From the NCBI GenBank assembly GCA_002269645.1, contig NIVC01004702.1, positions 1 to 37,644 on the forward strand: a stretch of DNA of 37,644 bases, in the 5' to 3' direction. Made by a program: the position numbers and the translations under genes. Below the pieces are notes generated by a model, which saw only the letters and a program-made list of their open reading frames with translations, searched no databases and had not been told where the DNA came from. This DNA comes from Macrostomum lignano. Its lineage: Eukaryota. Positions 11,034 through 20,218 of this stretch are shown here, in pieces. How positions within the stretch are numbered: position 1 is the first letter of the stretch; each line of letters opens with the position of its first letter.

Positions 11034-13985
11034 TGATCACCCAGGAGCTGGTCAAATATGAAGATGCCGAATACGAAGTGGAAAGCATTGAAGATCACGA
11101 TTGGGACGAAGTTGACCAAACTATGCGCTATTTAATCAAATGGCGCGGCTGGCCAATAGAATGCGCTACGTGGGAGCCGGAGCCTGACTTAACGAACTGT
11201 CAGGAGCTGCTGAAAGAATACAAGAACTTCATCAGTGGCAAGAGTAGAAAGCGCAGACCTACGGCAGCTGAGGTGGCCGAATCATCCGAGAGAAGTAAGG
11301 CTAGGGTTCTTCAACTGTTGGACTGCATCAACTTTGATGACCTGACGCCGGAACGCTTTGAACAGGTGATTTTGGGCTGCGCTTTGGTGCGAAGCAAGTC
11401 CCTGGTTTGATTCATGGACTACTCAACTGGAAGAACGGGAAAGTGCGTTTTTTAGAAAATGTTTGTGAGGCAATGTATCATGTGAGGCATTGTTGACTGT
11501 GTAACCCTGTAACAATGTGTGTAACAGATATGATAAAATAGATTTATAAAACCAAATATTCGAGCACTTTGTACTTGTACAGGGGCCACTGTTTGTGGTG
11601 TAAATTAGACCTTAATCAACCACAGGTACTAAAATAACTAGATGGGCCACCCAGGCATATATACTTGGTAAAACAGCTTTCTACTTTCAGTTCAGTAGCA
11701 AAGAAGAATACATAAGCTATTTTTATAAGAGTAAAGGCAGCTGAAATGACTTTGATAAGTTTAGAAGCCCAAGCTTGCAGGCGTAAACAACTTGCTAATT
11801 GGTTCAGCAATAATGTACATTTGCCAGTCCACTGAAATGTACATGGCCGCTTTAGGCTGGAATTCCGAGAAAGGCAATAAAAATTGGGGCGGGGCGGGGG
11901 TAGTGTGGAAATGCGCGGTTGAAGGTTGAATCTGGGGGGGGGGGTAAGAGCCAATAAATGAGCCTTGGCTTTAAAAGTACATTAAAATGCTTCTCTTTAA
12001 CTTACTACTGAAGTGAAAGTAGCTTACACGCAAATGTGCTGAGTTCATCTAGTTATTCTATTATCTGTGTAACCAACTGACAGTAATGTGTTATTTATAG
12101 TTACTAACCAGTATTGAATAACAAGGCAAACTGTCTGTCTAATCAACAGGTTCTAGCGGAGACCCTGACCAAACGAGCTTTACAAAGCGTTGCTAAGCGA
12201 CGAATCCTGCCCAGTCAGAGTCGCATGATCGCCGGATCTAAGCGTAGTCTAGGTATTAAAATTCAAGCCGAACTCAAAAACTGGGAGCTGTTATTAAACG
12301 CTAACGAGCCTCGGGCTAAAATTGTTATTGAAAATAAAGTCGATCTCGAAGGACCACCTTTGGCGTTTACCTACGTTACTAAACGGGTGCCGGGACCTGG
12401 CGTGTCGATTCCTGACGATCCGGTACTTGGCTGCACCTGCACGGACTGCTACGAGGAGCGGCACTCGTGCGTAGCCAGTCACGTGCACAACGAAGGTCGC
12501 GTACCGTATACTAGGTGAGCTTCTATTATATTGATTTTTTGACAACTTATTTTGTTGTCACGATAATTAGAGACAGTTTTTTTCTACTGTTTTTAAGTAG
12601 TTTGTGCAGTGTCATTTAAATTTAACGTGAAAGCTAAAAATTTCCTTTTCTTGGGGTTTGCGACCTCATGAGTATATGGGGTTGAAAATGAACAACAAGC
12701 ATTTAACTCGACTGATGTCTAGCTCAGCCTATGAGAGAGCAGTAAGGAGAGAGGTTAAAGTCTGACGGATAAAACTCAGCCTAGGGGCAGACCCAATCTG
12801 TCTCAGCCTATGAGAGAGCAGTAAGGAGAGGTTAAAGTCTGACAGATAAAACTCAGCCTATGGGCAGGCCCAATCTAGCTCAGCCAATGAGAGAGCAGTA
12901 AAGACAGAGGTTGAAGTCTGACGGATAAAACTCAGCCTTAGGGGCAGGCCCAATCTAGCTCAGCCAATGAGAGAGCAGTAAGGAGAGAGGTTAAAGTCTG
13001 ACGGATAAAATTCAGCCTAGGGGCAGGCCCAATCTGTCTCAGCCAATGAGAGAGCAGTAAGGAGAGAGGTCAAAGTCAGACAAGAGGAAAGCCAAATTGT
13101 TTATCGGTCTGGCTGAGGGCTGGGGCGCCACCCCTTTTCTCTTGCTCGCTATGCACGCAAACTGTACATGCTCACCATGCTTGTAGGAAGGCGGCTGGCT
13201 ATTGGTGCAGCTCCAAAACTTAAAATATTCGTATTTTGAGAAAAATTTGCTTAAAATAAGAATGGCCATAGACAACTACCATTGTTTTTTTTACAAATTG
13301 CAGACAGGGCCGGCTGCCGAACGTGCACGCCAGTTTTCCCATACACGAATGCAATTCGTTGTGCAAATGCGGCCCAGATTGTCCGTTTCGAGTTGTACAG
13401 CGCGGCCGTCAGTTTGGTTTGGCCATCTATCGGACCAAGAATCGCGGCTGGGGTGTTCGCACTCTGCAGCGCATTCCGCGCGGCTCCTTCGTTGTCGAAT
13501 ATGTCGGCGAGGTGGTCACCTTTGAGGAGGCCGAACGTCGAGGTCTTGAGTACGATCGCCAGGCACAGACCTATTTATTTGACCTGGATCTAGACGGCGA
13601 GCCGGTGTATTCTGTAGACGCTCGGGACTATGGCAATATAGCCCACTTTCTGAATCATTCCTGCAGTCCAAATCTGACTATTCGTTGCGTCTACACTCAG
13701 TGCATCGATAAAGACTTGCCACTATTGGCTCTATTCGCTGCAGAGCCAATACCAAAAGGCGCCGAATTGACATTTGATTATCAAATGTCCGGCGCTATCA
13801 GTGCTGAACAGCAGCAGCAGCAGCAACAACAGCTTGGCGCTGATGATGCGTCAGAAAGCGCCGCCGAGAATGCCAGTGTGGTGAGCAGCAGTGTCGGCGG
13901 TGCCAGCAGCGTCAATGGTGGCGGCTTAGCGCGCATGCGATGCCTGTGCGGTTCAGCCAACTGCCGGCGATTCCTGTTTGATTGA
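11034..13985 (+). CDS. SUV39H: SUV39H/Su(var)3-9-type histone H3K9 methyltransferase; exons 11034-11365, 12150-12514, 13304-13985; first exon not located
   Basis: Chromodomain YEVESIEDH...YLIKWRGWPIECATWEPE; ENKVDLEGPP; pre-SET GCTCTDC...ECNSLCKCGPDC; SET RGWGVRT...EYVGEV...FLNHSCSPNL...ELTFDY; post-SET CLCGSANCRRFL. Intron phases match (0 then 2). Confidence 0.95.
12720..13080. repeat. About 79-bp tandem repeat, 4.5 copies, in a SUV39H intron
   Basis: CTCAGCC(T/A)ATGAGAGAGCAGTAA units start at 12723, 12802, 12879, 12959 and 13038. Confidence 0.95.
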
Positions 13986-15189
13986 CTTGATGAATTGTTA
14001 ATAATTTACCAGCTTTAACAGTTAAGCGTGTTATAGTAGCTTAAGCCTACTTTTATATTCATTCATACCCATTGAGAATGTTACCGAGACTCCTGTGACT
14101 GTTTAACTGTTGTTAGAATCGTAAACGAGTCTCGAAACAAGTAGTCCAAAAGTCGTTGTGTTAGTGCTTAACTTTCTACTAACTCAAGTAGGCTAAATAG
14201 AGTTGTTATAAATACGAAATGCGATTCTCATTAATAAATTGACGCAGTTGCGCTTTAGACGTAACTCGGTGACTCTACAGATACTCTGGGCAAGCCTCAG
14301 GTACGACTTTACGCCTGAAATTGACTCTAAGGTGACTCTGACCACTTTTTGGTGACATCTCGTCTTATTAGAGTCGTCTAGAGTCACTTCTTTCTATTTT
14401 ACCTGTGTAAGTAGCAACGACTCTTGGGCGACGGTGTAGGAAGTCAGCTTTTTAAAATCTAATTTGCCTACAAATTCAACTAAAATTATCAATGCAACAG
14501 CTGTCGACAGCATTAATACTTAGTATTGCCTATATAGTAGTTTAAAGTAGTATTATACTATTGATGCAAAATTTTAACAACTATTTTCACCTATTTGCAG
14601 GGTTTAAGTTGCAATTGAAGTTGACAATTTTACTATTGTTTCACCGCTCACAATGCATTGCTTTACTGATGCTACTACTAGTAGTATATTTTGTGCAACC
14701 TAACACATTCTATTATACGAATATCTATAATATTTGCGAGTATGTATTGTGCAAAAGGGCTCTTTTTCTACTATAGTTTTTATTGCTTCTTTAGTGCTTT
14801 TTCATCAATTAAAATTTCTCTACCAGTATGTACATTTTTAACACACATTTTTACGCTGTTATTTCTTGCTTACTTTCTGCGTTCATGATAAAAATAAAAT
14901 ATGTTAATGCTTCTTATAACGGCAAAGCATTTTTATTTTATTGTAAATTAATGCGGGGTCAAATATTTCTATTTTTTGTCCTTGTGTAACTTGAATGTTA
15001 AATCTTTTCAATGCAATTTTTGCTTGCTGTATTAGTAATTGTTTAGCTAAATAAAACTAGTCCAATAGTGACAAATGTGTCATTGATGTGTTAGTAAATT
15101 CTGTTATTTAGTATTGCTAAAATTTGGTATAGTGACAGGTTTTCTACAGGTAAATGGAAGATAATTAATTAGCTGTGGGTTCTTATTAG

Positions 15190-15977
15190 GGTCAAGTGGC
15201 TTCTGCGAAGGTCAAGCGGTTCTAGGAAAGGTTAGATGGTTTTTTGGAAATGTCAGGTAACTTCTTGAAGGCTCAGGTGGCTTCTGGAAGATCAAGTGGC
15301 TTCTGGAAAGGTCAAGTGGCTTCTGGGAAGGTCAGGTGGCTTCTGGGAAGGTCAGGTGACTTCTGTGAAAGTCAGGTGACTTCTGGGAAGGTCAGGTGAC
15401 TTCTGTGAAAGTCAGGTGACTTCTGGGAAGGTCAGGTGGCTTCTGGGAAGGTCGAGTGGCTTCTGGGAAGGTCAGGTGGCTTCTGGGAAGGTCGAGTGGC
15501 TTCTGGGAAGGTCAAGTGGCTTCTGGAAAGGTCAAGCGGTTCTAGGAAAGGTTAGATGGTTTTTTGGAAATGTCAGGTAACTTCTTGAAGGCTCAGGTGG
15601 CTTCTGGAAGATCAAATGGCTTCTGGAAAGGTCAAGTGGCTTCTGGGAAGGTCGAGTGGCTTCTGGGAAGGTCAGGTGACTTCTGTGAAAGTCAGGTGAC
15701 TTCTGGGAAGGTCAGGTGGCTTCTGGGAAGGTCAGGTGACTTCTGGGAAGGTCAGGTGGCTTCTGGGAAGGTCGAGTGGCTTCTGGGAAGGTCAGGTGAC
15801 TTCTGTGAAAGTCATGTGACTTCTGTGAAAGTCAGGTGGCTTCTGGGAAGGTCAGGTGACTTCTGTGAAAGTCAGGTGACTTCTGGGAAGGTCAGGTGGC
15901 TTCTGGGAAGGTCGAGTGGCTTCTGAGAAGGTCAGGTGGCTTCTGGGAAGGTCGAGTGGCTTCTGGGAAGGTCAGGT
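15190..15977. repeat. G-rich 20-bp minisatellite TTCTGGGAAGGTCAGGTGGC
   Basis: About 39 copies. The variant block TCTAGGAAAGGTTAGATGG recurs at 15221 and 15541 (period 320 bp). Confidence 0.95.
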
Positions 15978-16083
15978 ATAGATAATTTAGAGGGTGTTTA
16001 ATTTTTTAAGATCGGATGATTGAGAAGTGGAAAGTTCAAGTGAATCTTCGAAATTGAGAAACTCATCCACTGTAAACCACCCC

Positions 16084-17283
16084 ATGCTGTCGCTAGCTAA
16101 CGCAGTGCTGCGCGGCTGGCAGTCGCCGGTGCGCCTGCTCGCGCATCGACAATGGTTGGCCATGTCGCATCGGAAACAGATGAAACTAGAATACGAGATT
16201 AACCTGGACTTTTCCTGGGTGCCAATCGACGAGAATGGCAGGCGGAAGCCTCTGATCTATTTGACAGATGCCAGCAAAACGCCGGAAGATGTGCTAAATA
16301 ATCTAGACAATTTTGATAAGCAGCGAATGCGCGAAATTGGCGAACAGATTGACATCCAGGCTGCTCTTGGCAAGTCTAGGGTGCCGGATAAGAGCAAGCT
16401 TACTAGCTTCGATTGGGTGCAGTTGTTGTCCTGCAATTCCACCGGTACATTGGGCAAGAAACTCTTTTACTTGGCCACAAAGCAGAACTCTGAGGCTAGC
16501 GCATTGGAGAAGAAAGCGATTAAAAAGAGAAGCACAGTGAAGCAGGAGTTGGCTCCAAGCTATGACTATATCCATCCTAGGATTGAAAAAACTGAAATTA
16601 AAGCATTCTACGATATGCGATTGATTCAGGAATACAAGTTCTGTCCATCTCTTGTATTCGACATGTCATTCCACGAGGAAATGAAGTTAAAGTTCCTAAT
16701 GGACTTCGCCAATCAATTAAGAGAAATCTTTCACACGAATCGCGAATCTGTAGAACCGTTTCAATTGCACTTTTGCAATCTGGCTAGGGATACTCAGCAA
16801 TACTACGTGCTTAATCGGGCGCTTAAAAGCTACGATTATGGCATTGGCGAGTTCTCTTCGCACGAAAGCTTTGAAGATAGTTGGCCATACGAATTCACTG
16901 ACGCTTGTTATACGTCGCTGTTTCCAGCCAAGGATCTGATCTACATGTCGCCGGATGCTAAATACGAAATGAGAGATTACGATCCTACTAAAGTGTACAT
17001 TATTGGCGGCCTAGTTGATCTGGGCGGCGGCTGCGTTGGCGCTACCAAGTCGAAGGCGACCCGTCAGGGCATTCGAAGTTTACGCCTGCCGCGCAGCATC
17101 GCGTCCAGGTCGTTGCCACTGAACATCTTCTACAACATTATACGGGATATTCGTCTAACCGGCTCCTGGGTAGAAGCTAGGAGGCACGTACCGAGACGGA
17201 TATCTGAGCAGCGAATTATTCAATCGCCTACTGCTCAGCAGTCACTGTTGCACGGGTATCAGCCACGGTCTGGAGGCTTCTAG
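16084..17283 (+). CDS. TRMT10C: Mitochondrial tRNA m1R9 methyltransferase / RNase P protein 1 (TRMT10C/MRPP1), single coding exon
   Basis: ATG at 16084 with an Arg-rich, acid-poor presequence. Trm10 domain: LVFDMSF...ANQL...NRESVEPFQLHFCNL...LIYMSPDA...VYIIGGLVD...LRLP...WVEARRHVPRR. ATTAAA at 17336. Confidence 0.88.
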   Translation: MLSLANAVLRGWQSPVRLLAHRQWLAMSHRKQMKLEYEINLDFSWVPIDENGRRKPLIYLTDASKTPEDVLNNLDNFDKQRMREIGEQIDIQAALGKSRVPDKSKLTSFDWVQLLSCNSTGTLGKKLFYLATKQNSEASALEKKAIKKRSTVKQELAPSYDYIHPRIEKTEIKAFYDMRLIQEYKFCPSLVFDMSFHEEMKLKFLMDFANQLREIFHTNRESVEPFQLHFCNLARDTQQYYVLNRALKSYDYGIGEFSSHESFEDSWPYEFTDACYTSLFPAKDLIYMSPDAKYEMRDYDPTKVYIIGGLVDLGGGCVGATKSKATRQGIRSLRLPRSIASRSLPLNIFYNIIRDIRLTGSWVEARRHVPRRISEQRIIQSPTAQQSLLHGYQPRSGGF

Positions 17284-17445
17284 TAATGACTGAGACCAAT
17301 GAAAACAGTTGTAAAGAATGAGACGCTTCGTCTCTATTAAAGATTTTTAAAGGCCTACATTTTGAGTTGAGCTCACTTGTGGTTGGTTACAATTGACAAT
17401 TAAGTCAAGATTTGCAATCAAATCAAGTAAGAGGAGAGAAACAAA

Positions 17446-17795
17446 AAAGGGCCTGTCAACTTATGCTCATGGGGTGGAGCCCGAGTAACCTATGTACACA
17501 AATGATGCGTCATTCTGCTCACAGTGACATCAGAAAGCTGGATTTGGCAAGAAAAAGCTACAAATATTGGACCTGGGATAGGAGAGAACAGGCAAGGGGA
17601 CAATTAAGGATTATTATGTAAACTTAAGCTTATGAAACTTATGAATCCCTAATTGTCCCATTGCTTGTTATCTCCTATCCCAGGTAGCTTTTTGCCAAAT
17701 CCAGCTTCCTGATGTCACTGTGAGCAGAATGACATGTCATTTGTGTACATGGTTACTCGGGCTCCACTTTATGAACATAAGTTGACAGGCCCTTT
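17446..17795. repeat. Long inverted repeat (arms about 150-165 bp, spacer about 30 bp); probable MITE
   Basis: AAAGGGCCTGTCAACTTATG... at 17446 and ...CATAAGTTGACAGGCCCTTT ending at 17795. Arms 17446-17612 and 17644-17795. No clear TSD. Confidence 0.85.
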
Positions 17796-18480
17796 CATAA
17801 ATTACCGTTTTTGAAAATGCGGCTTTCGAATTCATTTAGGAAACGATTTGTACATTTGTTATACTCCTTGCTAATAACGTTTTTGTTCGAAATTGGCCAA
17901 TAGCGATGTGACATGAAAAGTTAAATCAAGCTGTCGAAAATTCTCGCATTTATTGATTTCTGCTGTCAGTTGTCACGGCCTGGTAGAAGAGCAAGCTATA
18001 TAGCATCGTCTATTTTGAGTCAATTTGATCGTAGGTGGCTTCATGGTAGTACTGCTTTTTCAACTTAAACTATTATTTTCGTTACTATCGGCGGCATTTC
18101 GAGTTTTGCATCTTCTTGTTGTATTTGTTACACTAAGTGAAGCTTAAGCGAGTTGAAATGCTTGTTATGTTTCTGAATTAATCATGTAACAATTTTTCCA
18201 TCTCATTGCAATACGTACTCTATGCATGCCGTTATATAACTGGTATTTTAACAGCTTTAAATAAACAAACCAATTTTATGTAGCTTTTTGTGAAAGTTTA
18301 AGAGTTACCCTTTGATTACAGATTTATCGCATTGAATTTTGCTTAAAAGAGAATCCAGAGATTCGAAAAAGCTCTGGAAATTATTTTAACCAAGCAGGGA
18401 TCGATGTCAGCAGTGTCTCCATGCCGTGTCTCTACTAATAATATCGCCTGTCGTAATTTCAGCCATTTGTTGATAACGAC

Positions 18481-19533
18481 ATGCTTCAAGCATTCAGACG
18501 AGCATTATTGTGCGCATCCAACTGTTTCGGTGGACACATCAACAAGCGATGGTATCCTAGACGGGGTACCTGGGTATTGAATCCGCCGCAGCCTTACCAG
18601 CTGCAGATGGACTTCTCTACTCCTTTGGCCATTATTAACTTCGACGATGGCTATCGAGCTGTACAGAATCTATTCGACAATCTGACTGACCTGCAAAAGT
18701 CACGGCTAGATTGTCTTCGAGTGCAGTTAGAGTTACTCAAGCCGTACGCATCGGAAAGTTTTTGTTTACCAGACTGTGATAAAATCTTTGACAAACAATG
18801 GCTGGAGTTGTTGGCTTGCAAAAATTCTAGGTCGTTAGATCGTCAGCTGTTTAAAATCTATCGACTTCAGATTGCGCACTCGAAGGATCCGCTGGCGAAT
18901 GTAGAAACAGAGCACGGCGCCGTACCGCTTTGGTGCATCAGGGACTGCTCAGCATTCTATAATTATAGACTTCAGTCTGAGCTGCAGTTCTGCGACAGAT
19001 TGATTATTGATTTGGCTTTCGATTCGATTATGTCGCCTAAAAGTCTCGCCTCGTTTGTGCACGAATTTCGTCACGCTATTCGTTTCAATCGGGAGAGTCG
19101 CCAGCCGTTTCGACTGCACTTGTGCGGTCCTCGATTGGCCGGCTCAGCCCAGTCAAAGTCTTTGTTTCGTATGCTTTTTCCCGGCGGTTTCAAGAGCAGA
19201 GAAGACTGGGAGAAAGGAATGCTAGCCGTTATGAACGAGCAATCGTTGTACGACATGTCGGATGGCTGTTTTTCTACTTTGTTAACCAATATTGACGACG
19301 TTGTCTACATTGTCCCGGGCTCGCGGAATCGTCTGAATGCTTACGATCCTCAGAAGACTTACGTCTTACCTGGATACGCCTATCGTCTGACGGAGATGCA
19401 GTCTGCGGCTGTGCAGCGAGCCAAGTCACTTGGTCTGAAATGCTACTCACTGCCCTGGAATGTTGATCCGCGCTTGTTCAAATTCATGCAAGCGATGCTT
19501 GCGTTCAAGAATAGACGATTCTTTGTTGAGTAG
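18481..19533 (+). CDS. Divergent TRMT10C/MRPP1 paralogue, probable pseudo-methyltransferase, single coding exon
   Basis: Colinear with 16084-17283 (WLELLACKN vs WVQLLSCNS; FYNYRL...LIIDLAF vs FYDMRL...LVFDMSF; NRESRQPFRLHLC vs NRESVEPFQLHFC). Presequence-like N-terminus, intact 350-aa ORF, AATAAA at 19617. Confidence 0.82.
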   Translation: MLQAFRRALLCASNCFGGHINKRWYPRRGTWVLNPPQPYQLQMDFSTPLAIINFDDGYRAVQNLFDNLTDLQKSRLDCLRVQLELLKPYASESFCLPDCDKIFDKQWLELLACKNSRSLDRQLFKIYRLQIAHSKDPLANVETEHGAVPLWCIRDCSAFYNYRLQSELQFCDRLIIDLAFDSIMSPKSLASFVHEFRHAIRFNRESRQPFRLHLCGPRLAGSAQSKSLFRMLFPGGFKSREDWEKGMLAVMNEQSLYDMSDGCFSTLLTNIDDVVYIVPGSRNRLNAYDPQKTYVLPGYAYRLTEMQSAAVQRAKSLGLKCYSLPWNVDPRLFKFMQAMLAFKNRRFFVE

Positions 19534-20218
19534 CTAAAAAGAAAGAGCTGTTAACTTTGTCGTTATCATCGATTGGTGTTTTGTATCGTTGAAAATTTTA
19601 GAGCAAAAAAACTTTCAATAAAATATACAGGCATTTGACCACCAGCGGTTTACCGTCCTTTCGGATTTCAGCATTGGTCTTTTTGTAAAGTTGCGTAAAT
19701 CGTCAAAATTACACTTTTTTCGTTTTTTCTTTCTTTACTGCATTGAGAGATAACCGTCTTTAGGAGCATATGTTAAGTTTTCTAGTTAAGCACAATCGGA
19801 AAAGCCTTTATTCAAAATTTAGAATTTTTATATTGCCTTTAAATGCGACTGCACTGCAATGAAGTTGTTTGGTATCTGCTGACTCTTAAACTTCTTAATC
19901 TCAACTAGTCTAAACTAAGCCAGGCAACTCTTCTTCGATAGCTGTTCTGTTTTCTTTTTTCAGAGCCGACATTTATAATTTCCCTTTAGGCTTGAAGTGG
20001 TTGGCTGTGACATGATAGAATGTAGAGTTTCTCCTATAAGATTCCGCTGCCACTGATAAAGGCTCTGAGCTGCTGCCTGTATTTGCTTCACTGTTTTAAA
20101 ACAGCGGATTCAAAAGCTCGACTATCTTAGCAAGATAGCAACTCTGTCCAAGCTAGACTGTTAAACTAACGCAGCAATTTTGTACCATTGCTAAATTGGG
20201 TTCATTGAATCAACTGTC

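Noticed and set aside
11884-11946. G-quadruplex candidate in a SUV39H intron
   Set aside because: Only three closely spaced G-runs plus a distant G homopolymer; weak and unremarkable.
15564-15926. 120-aa repetitive ORF; likewise ORFs at 8585-9319, 27592-28174 and 34337-34812
   Set aside because: Frames through minisatellites, with non-ATG starts and periodic peptides.
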